Positions 25,873 to 35,640 of a stretch of DNA of 64,000 nucleotides are shown here, piece after piece. Below the pieces are notes generated by a model. That model had not been told where the DNA came from and made no database searches. It saw only the letters and a program-made list of their open reading frames with translations. The position numbers and the translations under genes were made by a program. The stretch is taken from IMG/VR virus record IMGVR_UViG_3300029288_000008, positions 21,550 through 85,549 of that record; one strand, 5' to 3'. Positions within the stretch are counted from its first letter, which is position 1. Each line of letters starts with the position of its first letter. The DNA comes from a virus. Lineage: Duplodnaviria > Caudoviricetes.

Positions 25873-28419
25873 ATGCAAATTGCTCAAATTATGGAAAACC
25901 TAGAAGAAAATAGTAAGGTTGGTAAAAGAGTTAGAGGGGATAAGGTCGGTCTTATCCAAGAGGTTATTGACGCCCTACAGACGTTGTTAAATTGGGCAGT
26001 TTATGAGGATGAAAATAAAGCGGCGACTAGGGGAGACTTAGAAGCAGCGAGAGAGAGAATGAAACCAAAACCAACAGCTTCTAGTGGTAGCAGCGCTTCT
26101 TCTGGTGCTAATTGGAATGCTAGAGTTGGCGAAACGATTATCGGGAACTTGGGACGTGGTGAAGGTGGACGGTTTATCAGTGCTGCTAATATTACAGCTA
26201 TGATGAATCAGTTAGAGAAAGAGAATATTTCACCGGATATGTTTACCGGTATGCAAGATTTGTTAGCGGGCAAGGAAGTTAGCGCAGCTATTTTAGAACA
26301 GTTGAAAGCAGCGGGTTTAGCGACTGAGGACGGGAAAGCATCTTCTAAGACTGTACAGATTATCACGGCAATGAAAACCGGTGATCCTGATAAACTAAAG
26401 GGTACACTGAAGGAAACCGGTAAAGCGCCTGGTAAAGGTAAGGTAAGCGGAAAAAAGCCAAAAGAAGCGCCGAAACCGACTAAAGATGAAGTTGCCGCAA
26501 AGAACATAGATGAAACCGGTGCTAAGTTGATTGAACAAAATAGAATGACACAGAATCAATTAAATGCATTAAAGATGTTTGCTAATGGAGAAACAGTTGA
26601 CAATACTTTGATGAAAGAATTGATTGAAGCCGGTATTGTTTTGGTTAATGATGATGGGTACTTTGCTTTTACCGGAAGCGGTGAAAGGTTCTTTGGGGCA
26701 TTAGAGAAAGCCGACTTGAGAAAGGCACTTGACGAATTAACCAAAGCTAGACAAGAATATTTGGACAGTCAAGAAGAAGAGTCAAAAAATTTTGAGGATG
26801 ATAGCAATAATTTTTGCTTCGGCTTTAAGGTTCTTCAAAATGGTTATATTCTCAGTTTGACAACTAATGCTTATGAGGACAGGGAACGGGAAACCTTTAC
26901 TCTAAAATCCATTGAGGATTATGTCAGTAGAAATTTAGAGAATGATGAAAAAGGAACTTATCAGTTTTGGCATATACCCGGTAGCGATTTTGCAGACATT
27001 CTGTGGCAAGGTGTAGCTGGTAAGTTTTTGGTAGAGATCGGGAAGTTTAGAGAAGACGAAATTGGACAGGGATTTAGAAGGTTCTTTACCGATAATCCAG
27101 AGGGACACAAGGAATTAGCGCCGGTTGGATGGGGTACTAGTCACGGTTTTGTCTATAAGAAATACGATAGAGAAGATGGGGTTTATGAGTGGTTTGATAA
27201 ACAGGAAACTACCGTTCTGCCATTACAGGAAGCGGCAAATATTTATACGTTAGCTGAATTTATGTTGGGTGAGAAGGCTATGGAATTAAGTGAAAAGCAA
27301 ATTGAGGCAGTTAATAAAATTGGCGCGGAGGTTGGTATGCCATCATTGTTAGAAAAGATTTTGGGGATGGGCAAGAAGAGAACTGAAGCCCTAGATGGGG
27401 CTGGCATTTCTTCTAAACAAGCGGTTATGAAAACAGAAGACGGGAAAGATTATCCGGCTAGTTGTTACGCTTATGTACCTGACCCTGAAGCAGTTGATAC
27501 TTGGAAACTGAGAATGTGCGCAGTGGGTACTACTGAGATTACCAGAGAACAATTAGGTGCTGCTGCCGCCGCTTTTAGTCCGGGTGGTTTTAGGGGAAAT
27601 AAGGTAGAGTTACCAAGTGAAGATGTGGATAAGGTTAAGGCAAAGTTGAGAAGCGAATATTCAAAGTTGGATGTAGCTAGAGAGGATATGCCAGAAAGTA
27701 TTAAATCGTTGGAGGTTGAAGTGAAGGATGTAAAAGTAAAGTTTGCAGAAGCGTCAAAGGCTTGTGCTACTGATTTGCGAAAGAAAATGGACGATGTTTT
27801 GTCAGAAATGGAAAAAGAAGATTCTGATAAGGTCGCTATGGTCAGACAATTAGCAGAATTAGTTGCGCAGGTTACAGAAGAGGAACTGAGAGTACAGCTG
27901 GAAGAGTTGGTTAATTCGATGTTGGAAATGCTGAAACCGACAGAAGAAGCGTCAACAGAAGAAGAAGTTGCCACAGAAGAAGCGCCGGTTGCAGAAGAAG
28001 AAAAAGCTGAAGTAGATGTTGAAGCAATTGCTAAGGCGTTAAAGTTAGACGAACTTTCAATTCTGTTAGAAACTCAAACTAAGGCGATTGCGGAAAGCGC
28101 AGAGAAGATCAAGGCTTTTGAAACTGTGGTTAATGCTATCCAAGAATTAGTTGAGAAGGATAAGGCGCTGTATGAAAAGTTGGAAGCATTAGAAAGTGAA
28201 GTTAAGGGACTGAGAGAGAAATCAGTCGAATTAGCAAAAGAAGATGAGGTTAAGGTTGCCGAAAAACAGGCTAGATATACTCCGTTTTGGGCAAGTAATT
28301 TTCAAGCATCGAAGGCGGCTGAGACTGTGTTAAGCAGCGCAGAAAAGAAAAAGTTAAGCGCCCCTGAAGTTCCTAGTGTTATTCAATCTATGAGTAAGAA
28401 AGTTTTTGGAGGTAAGTAA
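25873..28419 (+). CDS. Capsid maturation protease/scaffold polyprotein
   Basis: Directly upstream of the MCP; central TTNAYEDRERETF..KSIEDYV protease-like block, acidic coiled-coil C-terminus. Confidence 0.7.
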   Translation: MQIAQIMENLEENSKVGKRVRGDKVGLIQEVIDALQTLLNWAVYEDENKAATRGDLEAARERMKPKPTASSGSSASSGANWNARVGETIIGNLGRGEGGRFISAANITAMMNQLEKENISPDMFTGMQDLLAGKEVSAAILEQLKAAGLATEDGKASSKTVQIITAMKTGDPDKLKGTLKETGKAPGKGKVSGKKPKEAPKPTKDEVAAKNIDETGAKLIEQNRMTQNQLNALKMFANGETVDNTLMKELIEAGIVLVNDDGYFAFTGSGERFFGALEKADLRKALDELTKARQEYLDSQEEESKNFEDDSNNFCFGFKVLQNGYILSLTTNAYEDRERETFTLKSIEDYVSRNLENDEKGTYQFWHIPGSDFADILWQGVAGKFLVEIGKFREDEIGQGFRRFFTDNPEGHKELAPVGWGTSHGFVYKKYDREDGVYEWFDKQETTVLPLQEAANIYTLAEFMLGEKAMELSEKQIEAVNKIGAEVGMPSLLEKILGMGKKRTEALDGAGISSKQAVMKTEDGKDYPASCYAYVPDPEAVDTWKLRMCAVGTTEITREQLGAAAAAFSPGGFRGNKVELPSEDVDKVKAKLRSEYSKLDVAREDMPESIKSLEVEVKDVKVKFAEASKACATDLRKKMDDVLSEMEKEDSDKVAMVRQLAELVAQVTEEELRVQLEELVNSMLEMLKPTEEASTEEEVATEEAPVAEEEKAEVDVEAIAKALKLDELSILLETQTKAIAESAEKIKAFETVVNAIQELVEKDKALYEKLEALESEVKGLREKSVELAKEDEVKVAEKQARYTPFWASNFQASKAAETVLSSAEKKKLSAPEVPSVIQSMSKKVFGGK

Positions 28420-28421
28420 AA

Positions 28422-29855
28422 ATGAGTGAGTTAGAACAAGTACTTGCAAAGTACTTTGCAGAATCTTATGGTAAAAAGGCCCCAACGGGTACTCCTACCA
28501 CAAATAATGTTCATGGGCCTGGTGGTATCTTTGGTGTTGCCGGTTTAGACCAACAGATTATTAGCGCTAGAGTTGCCCCGCGTGGTGTTGCGCAAATGTT
28601 GACTGTAAACCCAACGGTTTACACTGACCCAATGTACCCATACATTACCGGTATGGAATTTATTAACAGTACTCAACCGGTTGGTGTTTGTGATACTTGT
28701 GTAAGTGTAGAAACCGAAAGTTGTATTCAGACTGCGCCTTTAGGTAGAGTTTGTGTTGAATCTAAGGAACTGGAAGTTAATAGAACGTTCCAAAGAATTA
28801 ACGCCGGCGAAATGGATTTGCAACTGGTTAATAGTATTCTTGGACAAGATGATAGCTTTGTACCGACTCCTTCACAAGGAGAACAGGCTATCAATATGGC
28901 CATCGCTTGGGCAATGGTTGAAATTGGCGTTGGGATGCAGAACCTTTTAACTCCGATGGTTTGGAATGGCAACCCTGGCAACAATACCGCCGGTGGCGGC
29001 TATAAAGAATTCATTGGACTTGATACTCTAATCGGCGTCAATAAAGTGGATGCAATTACCGGTACCCGTTGTAATGCACTCGATTCTGACGTTAAGGAAT
29101 TTAACTATCAAACTATCGGTTCTACTGACGCGGCTGGTAATTTCAATATCGTTAGATATATGAATATGGTTTCTGTGTATGTGAAGCATAATGCAGAAAG
29201 ACAAGGTTTAATGCCGGTTCAGTGGGCGTGGGTGCTAAGACCTGAGGCGTGGCAAGAACTCTTGGAAGTTTGGCCGGTTGCTTACTATACTAATAGACAG
29301 TTGACTTTACCGGCCGGTAATACTACATTCTTAGATGGTGTAAGAACCGCACAGCTTAGAGAAGAAATGAGAAACGGTATGTTTATTGATACCGCTGCCG
29401 GTAGATTCCCAGTTGTAACCGACGACGGTATCTTTGAACACGATTCTACTAATGATGCCAACGTTCCTGCCGGTTCTTTCGCTTCTACATTCTACTTTGT
29501 ACCGCTATCATATCTCGGAAGCCGTCCAGCTACCTATCTCGAATATCTCGATTATCGTGGTGCTTTGCCAGAAATTCGATCATTGAATGAAACCGATTCA
29601 TATTGGGTATCGGATAATGGTCGGTTTATGTGGACACAAGAACAATTTAAATGGTGTTTCACAGTATCAGGAAAAATTGAACCAAGAATTATACTTCGTA
29701 CTCCACAACTTGCGGGCAAAATCGAACACGTACTTTACACGCCTCTTCAACACCTTAGAAGTTTTGACGAAGATTCAGACTACTTTTATAAGCAAGGTAC
29801 TCCTTCTCGTGATTATCCAAGCTTATGGAATGACTATAACTACCCTCGCCAGTAG
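28422..29855 (+). CDS. Major capsid protein
   Basis: Position after the protease/scaffold gene, 477 aa, followed by a terminator. Confidence 0.75.
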   Translation: MSELEQVLAKYFAESYGKKAPTGTPTTNNVHGPGGIFGVAGLDQQIISARVAPRGVAQMLTVNPTVYTDPMYPYITGMEFINSTQPVGVCDTCVSVETESCIQTAPLGRVCVESKELEVNRTFQRINAGEMDLQLVNSILGQDDSFVPTPSQGEQAINMAIAWAMVEIGVGMQNLLTPMVWNGNPGNNTAGGGYKEFIGLDTLIGVNKVDAITGTRCNALDSDVKEFNYQTIGSTDAAGNFNIVRYMNMVSVYVKHNAERQGLMPVQWAWVLRPEAWQELLEVWPVAYYTNRQLTLPAGNTTFLDGVRTAQLREEMRNGMFIDTAAGRFPVVTDDGIFEHDSTNDANVPAGSFASTFYFVPLSYLGSRPATYLEYLDYRGALPEIRSLNETDSYWVSDNGRFMWTQEQFKWCFTVSGKIEPRIILRTPQLAGKIEHVLYTPLQHLRSFDEDSDYFYKQGTPSRDYPSLWNDYNYPRQ

Positions 29856-29900
29856 TCTATACATTCAATCAATAAAAATAGAGTGGAATTTGTTTCCACT

Positions 29901-30815
29901 CTATTTTTTGTTTCTGCAAATTGTATTTATGTAATACTTGGTTACTCCAAACATCTTACCCAAAACTTCTCTATGATAACCAAGTGTTTTTAATCTTCTT
30001 ATTTCGTCTTTGTCTGATTCTGTCAGTTTTCTAATGTGGCATTTCTTGACATTTTCGCTTTGTGTAACATACTCAAGATTTGATAAGGTATTGTTTTGTC
30101 TGTTGCCATCTATGTGATTAACCACCAGATCGGATTTTCCAAAGAATGTTAATGCAATCAATCTATGGATATATTGCCTATCTCTATGTGCATTCTCGAT
30201 TAGGTTTACTTTTACATATCCATTAGGCTGTATCTGTGGTTTAAGTGCGTTACCTGATTTTGTGCTCAGTATCCTTCCATAATCGCTGGCATAATAACAA
30301 GTATATCCTGGTATCAACTTCACGGTTTCACCTTCTAAAACTTCAAAATCAAATCTCTTTTCTGAATCTTTCTTGTCTGTTTTTAATATGTTGCGTATAG
30401 TTGTTTTTGATACACCCATCATTTTAGCTATTTTTCCATAGCCGTACCCATTATTATGTAATTCGATTACAGTGTTTTTATCAGGTGGCTGTTTAGCTTT
30501 AGTTAATCCACTGATATGATAGGCGCAATGGATAGCGTTTTCAGATTGTGTCACCGCTTCTAAATTAGAAAGACGGTTATTTTGCTTATCACCATCTATG
30601 TGATTTATATTATAACCGTCTTTCAAATCAAGAAAAGCCATAGCAACAACTCTATGAATGAGCATTACATTATGATTTATGCAAACTCTACCGTATCCAT
30701 CTTGTTTGTTATAGTTAATGTTTAATGTATCGCGTTTGTAGGCGCTGTAAACTTCACCGTCGCTACTCACTACATACGCATTATCAAATCCCGGTATTGT
30801 TCTCCATTCAGTCAT
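29901..30815 (-). CDS. Tandem NUMOD4-HNH-HTH homing endonuclease (two complete units)
   Basis: EWRTIPGF..Y.VSSDG and VKLIPGY..Y.ASDYG; two HR..A..F..NHIDG.(K/R)QNN.LSNLE.VTQSEN motifs; HTH after each. Confidence 0.9.
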   Translation of the reverse strand: MTEWRTIPGFDNAYVVSSDGEVYSAYKRDTLNINYNKQDGYGRVCINHNVMLIHRVVAMAFLDLKDGYNINHIDGDKQNNRLSNLEAVTQSENAIHCAYHISGLTKAKQPPDKNTVIELHNNGYGYGKIAKMMGVSKTTIRNILKTDKKDSEKRFDFEVLEGETVKLIPGYTCYYASDYGRILSTKSGNALKPQIQPNGYVKVNLIENAHRDRQYIHRLIALTFFGKSDLVVNHIDGNRQNNTLSNLEYVTQSENVKKCHIRKLTESDKDEIRRLKTLGYHREVLGKMFGVTKYYINTICRNKK

Positions 30816-30851
30816 ACCCAACATTATACCAGCAATTGGTAAATGTGCAAG

Positions 30852-31103
30852 TTATTGTTTATAACTAAACTCTTCAATCACTCTATCCTTGAATGGATAG
30901 AGAACTATATAAATCAATTTCGGTTTTGATTCAGGATAGCGATTATGAATTATCCTAAGTGCTTTCAGTGCTTTCTTTTTGGTTTCATAGTATTTCGTAC
31001 TGTGACAAAATCCATCTATCGGTTTATGTATGATTTTGTCTTTATGCCAAGTATACCCATTATTCAATGTAATTTTAATTAGCTTATTACGCTTCCCCAT
31101 CAA
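30852..31103 (-). CDS. Hypothetical protein
   Basis: ORF track. Confidence 0.55.
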   Translation of the reverse strand: MMGKRNKLIKITLNNGYTWHKDKIIHKPIDGFCHSTKYYETKKKALKALRIIHNRYPESKPKLIYIVLYPFKDRVIEEFSYKQ

Positions 31104-31455
31104 ACCACCTCTTAATCGTTGCGATGGTCAAATCAACCTCATTGAAAAGCCGTTCTTGCTTTTCGTTGTCAAGGCAACTGAACTGAGTTCTAAAAACCTC
31201 TAAGCCGTCTTTCAGTCCCATTTCATCTATCATATCGGGAAACAGATCATTAGAGGTTCTCTTTGAGAGAATAGCATAACACCATTCTTTAACTCCCTCT
31301 AGTTCCTTGTTTTGCCATTCATTATACAGCCCGATCATACAGCGCTTCAGTTGATGATAATAGGCTGTAATCTTAGTACCATCTTCTAACCAACAGATAC
31401 AATTCTGTTTACCCGTTGGGCGATACTCTTTATAATTCCAGGTTTTGTAATTCAT
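31087..31455 (-). CDS. Hypothetical protein
   Basis: ORF track. Confidence 0.6.
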   Translation of the reverse strand: MNYKTWNYKEYRPTGKQNCICWLEDGTKITAYYHQLKRCMIGLYNEWQNKELEGVKEWCYAILSKRTSNDLFPDMIDEMGLKDGLEVFRTQFSCLDNEKQERLFNEVDLTIATIKRWFDGEA

Positions 31456-31456
31456 T

Positions 31457-32269
31457 TTAGTTTACCTTTATTCCTGTAATTTCTTCAAACACCGTTGCAT
31501 CAAACCATTCCCATTCTACAAATTCTTTCTTTAGTTCTTCTGGGATTGACCTCCACCAAATCTCACAAGCCGTTTTATAATCGCGCTTTAACAATACCCC
31601 TTCTTGACATTCGTACTTTTTGTACTCTTCTTTCTCTTCTTCTGTCATATCGTCAAATGACAGCCAGTATGTTAATGGAAATTCGTAATTGTACAACAAA
31701 CAGCGAATGTTTTCATACTTGTCGTCATTAAAGAAGTCTTCAAACTCAATATCGGTTTGCTTGTTAAAAATGCGCATTTTTGGAGTATCGCTGCAAAACA
31801 ATCCTGAATTCCAATTGCCTGAATTCCAATTGCCTGAATTCCTATCGCCTGAATTCCAATCGCCTGAATTCCAATCGCCTGAATTCCTATCGCCTGAATT
31901 CCAATCGCCTGAATTCCTATCGCCTGAATTAGCTAATCCGCTATTAGCTTTACCCAAATTTACCACTTCAAGAACTTCATTCCAAGTTAATTCTCGAACA
32001 ATTTCAATATCATCTGTAACGCTCTTATCATCACTGTCAAAAACTTCACCACGTGCAACAACTTCACACACACGGTTTCTAATATCGAATGAATAATAAT
32101 TAAAAACGTCTTTAGCCTTACGACAAAAATGAAAGCCAGATTCGCACAATTCAATCCTGCCATTATGCTTATAACGTTTTCCAACCTCATATTGAAAGTT
32201 GTTACGACACTGCAAATTTTCATCAAAACATTTGTATCCTGTAACCATTTCTATTCTCCTTTTCTCCAA
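31457..32269 (-). CDS. Pentapeptide-repeat (NSGD(W/R)) protein with conserved GYK.FD..L.CR..FQYEVG N-domain
   Basis: About nine NSG(D/N)(W/R) repeats; GFHFC motif. Confidence 0.85.
   Translation of the reverse strand: MEKRRIEMVTGYKCFDENLQCRNNFQYEVGKRYKHNGRIELCESGFHFCRKAKDVFNYYSFDIRNRVCEVVARGEVFDSDDKSVTDDIEIVRELTWNEVLEVVNLGKANSGLANSGDRNSGDWNSGDRNSGDWNSGDWNSGDRNSGNWNSGNWNSGLFCSDTPKMRIFNKQTDIEFEDFFNDDKYENIRCLLYNYEFPLTYWLSFDDMTEEEKEEYKKYECQEGVLLKRDYKTACEIWWRSIPEELKKEFVEWEWFDATVFEEITGIKVN
31803..31932 (-). repeat. 15-bp tandem repeat encoding the NSGDW/NSGDR units
   Basis: cctgaattcc(a/t)atcg repeated in register. Confidence 0.9.
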
Positions 32270-32502
32270 TACTCTATCGAATTTTTCTTTTCAAAACCTA
32301 ATCCTAAAAGCGTGCTTTCAGCATCTTCTAAGGTAAACCACATCGTTTGATGTTCTAACATTTCACACGGCGCTTGCCCGTGTTTAATCACCGGTTGACG
32401 TTTGTTGTCAACATTATACGTTGTCTTTCCAACAAGATCGAAACCATTATACCGATTATGCTCCCAATGGAGCAGATCATACAACTTGACCTGTTCTTCC
32501 AT
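32251..32502 (-). CDS. Hypothetical protein (start re-called at MEEQVK)
   Basis: GGAG RBS before 32502; the longer ORF-track call overlaps another gene. Confidence 0.55.
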   Translation of the reverse strand: MEEQVKLYDLLHWEHNRYNGFDLVGKTTYNVDNKRQPVIKHGQAPCEMLEHQTMWFTLEDAESTLLGLGFEKKNSIEYWRKGE

Positions 32503-32839
32503 ATTTCTCCCCTGATTTACTAAACGTTTCATTAGTTGCCAACATTTCTTCCATATCTTCAAGATCAATATGGGATACACCGTGGTAATAATCTTCTTCT
32601 TTGGTAAACCCGTCCTCAATGATTGGGCAGTTTGGATTACGGCAAACTCCCCAAATTGAAGTATAGCGTTTGTCTTTTGTATCTTCAAACACCATAACAA
32701 TTTCCCAATCATAACCGGCGCAACACAAGCCAGTATAAATATCGTCAACCTTAACCTCGCCAGTTGTTGTAATTTCACCATCTTCTTCTAAATGTACTTC
32801 AAGCATAACGCAAAATCTCCTTATCAGATTTAACAACAT
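32477..32839 (-). CDS. Hypothetical protein with Cys pairs
   Basis: ORF track. Confidence 0.55.
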   Translation of the reverse strand: MLLNLIRRFCVMLEVHLEEDGEITTTGEVKVDDIYTGLCCAGYDWEIVMVFEDTKDKRYTSIWGVCRNPNCPIIEDGFTKEEDYYHGVSHIDLEDMEEMLATNETFSKSGEKYGRTGQVV

Positions 32840-32918
32840 TTTACACCCATTGGGCTATCCTGTCAATACCCAATTTCATAAAATTGACAAATTAGTTATT
32901 TGTGCTATAATTCTTGAA

Positions 32919-33287
32919 ATGGAAGTTACAAGAGAATACCTAATACAAAACAAGAATCACATCTTTGTTTTTGGAGACAACCAAAAACGTATTGGAACCG
33001 GTGGGGCAGCGAAACTTAGAGATTTACCCAACACCTACGGTTTCATAACTAAGAAATATCCCTGTAATCATAATTGGTGTTTTTATGCTTCCAGTGAATA
33101 CATACCGGTTTATGCTTTTGAAATTGTCCGCTTGATTGCAGAGATTGAAAGCAATCCCGACAAAATCTATCTAATCTCAAAGATCGGTAGTGGACTAGCT
33201 AACAAATTCAGAATCTTTGAAAACGTTATTGAACCTAGCATCAAAGCAGATTTGTCCCAATATACTAACGTGGTGTTTTTATGGTAG
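32919..33287 (+). CDS. Macro-domain-like phage protein (IFVFGDN family), probably leaderless
   Basis: IFVFGDN..R.G.GGAA...PN.YG..TK and IGSGLA motifs; -10 TATAAT ends 7 nt before the ATG. Confidence 0.55.
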   Translation: MEVTREYLIQNKNHIFVFGDNQKRIGTGGAAKLRDLPNTYGFITKKYPCNHNWCFYASSEYIPVYAFEIVRLIAEIESNPDKIYLISKIGSGLANKFRIFENVIEPSIKADLSQYTNVVFLW

Positions 33288-33988
33288 ATATATCAGTTCT
33301 CTTAGTAACGTTCGGTAGACCCAAAGAAATCAGAAAGACGGTTTACGAACTTCTAAAGCATCAAAATTACCCACTGGAAAATTTACACTTTCATCTTGCG
33401 GATAATGATACCGAAAGGCGTTTAGGTATCAAAGATTACACTTCAATGATACTTTCTGACTTTTCTTTTCTCAACTGGACATACTCAATTGAAACACGGC
33501 CAGGATGGGGATACAACGTTAATACGGTATTAAAACAGATAAACACGAATTATATCTTTTTAATTGAGGATGACTATGTTGCACATCGTCCAGTAGATTT
33601 GGTGTCTGGGGTAGAGTTAATGGAAGCACAAGCCAACATCGGTTTAATTCGTTATGATGGGATAGCAGCGCATAACGGCTTAATCCTTCACCTTAGAGAG
33701 GCAACAACACCCAATGGAAAGAAGATAGATTATTGTCTCATAGACAAGAGCAGTCAACATCTTAATGTATACTCTAATCGCCCTCACCTTAGACACAGAC
33801 GGTTTACCGATTGCTATGGATATTATATAGAAGGGAAAGCATTAGGAGTAACAGAAGAAACGATGGCACATAATGTACTAGACAAGAAACAATGTCCAGA
33901 TGTTGCCATCTTAGGAGACGGTATAGCGAATGCTTTTGAGCATATCGGCGCATCATTTCAGGGTAGCGAATTCGACAAAAGGAGCTAA
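33281..33988 (+). CDS. Glycosyltransferase family 2
   Basis: ISVLLVTFGR, ADND, IFLIEDDY. Confidence 0.85.
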   Translation: MVDISVLLVTFGRPKEIRKTVYELLKHQNYPLENLHFHLADNDTERRLGIKDYTSMILSDFSFLNWTYSIETRPGWGYNVNTVLKQINTNYIFLIEDDYVAHRPVDLVSGVELMEAQANIGLIRYDGIAAHNGLILHLREATTPNGKKIDYCLIDKSSQHLNVYSNRPHLRHRRFTDCYGYYIEGKALGVTEETMAHNVLDKKQCPDVAILGDGIANAFEHIGASFQGSEFDKRS

Positions 33989-33991
33989 AAA

Positions 33992-34222
33992 ATGGATAAG
34001 AAAAATGATTTAATTTTAGAACTGAATAAATGTCTTGAAACAGCCGTTGGAATTAAGTTTAAGTTGAGAGAGTTAGTAGAAGATAATAGAGAATCTGCGT
34101 CTGGGATTGACCCGATTGCAAAACTAGATGTGGCAATGATTAGAACAGAAGATTTATATAAAACGTTAAAAGAAATTAACGAACTGTCAACAAGAATTAT
34201 TTCATACTTTGGGGTAGAATAA
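33992..34222 (+). CDS. Hypothetical protein
   Basis: ORF track; RBS. Confidence 0.6.
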   Translation: MDKKNDLILELNKCLETAVGIKFKLRELVEDNRESASGIDPIAKLDVAMIRTEDLYKTLKEINELSTRIISYFGVE

Positions 34223-34226
34223 TCCT

Positions 34227-34469
34227 GTGGTTAGTACTCCTAACTATACCAAAGCGCAATTACTCAAACGAAGGTTGACAGTTGCCTTTCTGTTGTTGTT
34301 AAACTTACACCCGTTCAAAGCGGTATCTATGTTGTATACCGCTTTATGGTTTTATTTCAACGACGATAGAATCAAGAAAAGTCACGAAGTAGTTGTGTAC
34401 GGAAACCATAAAAAATATACAACTGATGGAATTCTTATATTTGATGAAAAAGGAAAATCGGTAGAATAA
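34227..34469 (+). CDS. Hypothetical protein
   Basis: ORF track. Confidence 0.5.
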   Translation: MVSTPNYTKAQLLKRRLTVAFLLLLNLHPFKAVSMLYTALWFYFNDDRIKKSHEVVVYGNHKKYTTDGILIFDEKGKSVE

Positions 34470-34471
34470 AA

Positions 34472-34750
34472 ATGAATAAAGAACAACTTGAAGGATATTT
34501 ATTGGCCTGTTGTGATTCGATTGATAGACTCATAGAAACAGGAAAACTAAAAGAGGATGATCTGGCCGGTAAACTTGCAGAGAATTTGAGAGAGTATATC
34601 AGACTTAACCAGCCGGCAGGTTGGCAGTGGTGGCATTATCAAACCTATCCTATATATACAACAACATCAAGCTCAAAAATTTGTCAATACTGTGGAAAAA
34701 CTATCGGTGAAAACGAATTACACTTTTGTAGCGGTTGCAACACATTATGA
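34472..34750 (+). CDS. Hypothetical protein with C-terminal zinc ribbon
   Basis: CQYCG...FCSGC. Confidence 0.6.
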   Translation: MNKEQLEGYLLACCDSIDRLIETGKLKEDDLAGKLAENLREYIRLNQPAGWQWWHYQTYPIYTTTSSSKICQYCGKTIGENELHFCSGCNTL

Positions 34751-35640
34751 AAGCAGTTGTAACCGGAGGCGCGGGGTTTATCGGTTCACACTTGTGTGAA
34801 CAACTTATAAATGAGGGACATTCGGTTAAATGTGTTGATAATCTCCTTAGTGGAAAAGTTGACAATATCATGCATCTAATTGACAACCCGCTGTTTGAAT
34901 TTAGCTATGCTGATATTAGAGACAACCTTAATTTAGCTGGTGTTGACGTTATCTTTAACTTAGCAGCAAGTAAAAAGAACATCTGTTTAGACAACCCCAA
35001 AACAGACTTGGCTATAAACGGATGGGGAACTCTCAACTTATTACAACTTGCACAGAAGTATGGCGTTAGAAAGTTTATTCACGCCTCTACCGGTAGTGTA
35101 TACGGAAACGTTACACCACAAACTGAAACTTCACAAACTATACCAGTTAGTTACTATGGAGTTAGTAAACTAGCCGGTGAAAGTTATGTCAAGATGTTTG
35201 GTGTTGATTACTCAATCCTAAGGTATTTTCACGTTTATGGAAGCCGACAAGATAGCACCGATAAACTAGGGGGAGTTATCGCTATTTTCATTAGAAGGAT
35301 TTATCAAAACCTTCCCCTAATTGTGTATGGCGACGGCAATCAAACCCGTTGCTTTACCTACGTTAAAGATGTAGTTAAAGCAAATCTGGCAATGCTTAAT
35401 AAAACAGAAAACAATCTATTTAATTGTGTGAGCAATCTACACATAACCTTAAATCAACTTATACAAATTCTTTTTGAAATTACCGGCAGAAAAGTACAAG
35501 TATTATATCGAGACTGGCAAATTGGCGATATAAAAGACTTTGCTCCAAGCAATGATAGAATCAAAGAGTTAATTGACTTCACTCCATTTGAAACAGGATT
35601 ACAGGAAACCATAGATGAAAGTCGCCGTTTATACTGCTAA
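34747..35640 (+). CDS. NAD-dependent nucleotide-sugar epimerase/dehydratase (extended SDR)
   Basis: VTGGAGFIGSHL, ASTGSVYG, YGVSK, LRYFHVYG, TRCFTYVKDVVKAN. Confidence 0.93.
   Translation: MKAVVTGGAGFIGSHLCEQLINEGHSVKCVDNLLSGKVDNIMHLIDNPLFEFSYADIRDNLNLAGVDVIFNLAASKKNICLDNPKTDLAINGWGTLNLLQLAQKYGVRKFIHASTGSVYGNVTPQTETSQTIPVSYYGVSKLAGESYVKMFGVDYSILRYFHVYGSRQDSTDKLGGVIAIFIRRIYQNLPLIVYGDGNQTRCFTYVKDVVKANLAMLNKTENNLFNCVSNLHITLNQLIQILFEITGRKVQVLYRDWQIGDIKDFAPSNDRIKELIDFTPFETGLQETIDESRRLYC

Noticed and set aside
31689-32096. ORF with PEFQS repeats on the + strand
   Set aside because: Antisense shadow of the NSGDW repeat protein; no RBS or promoter.
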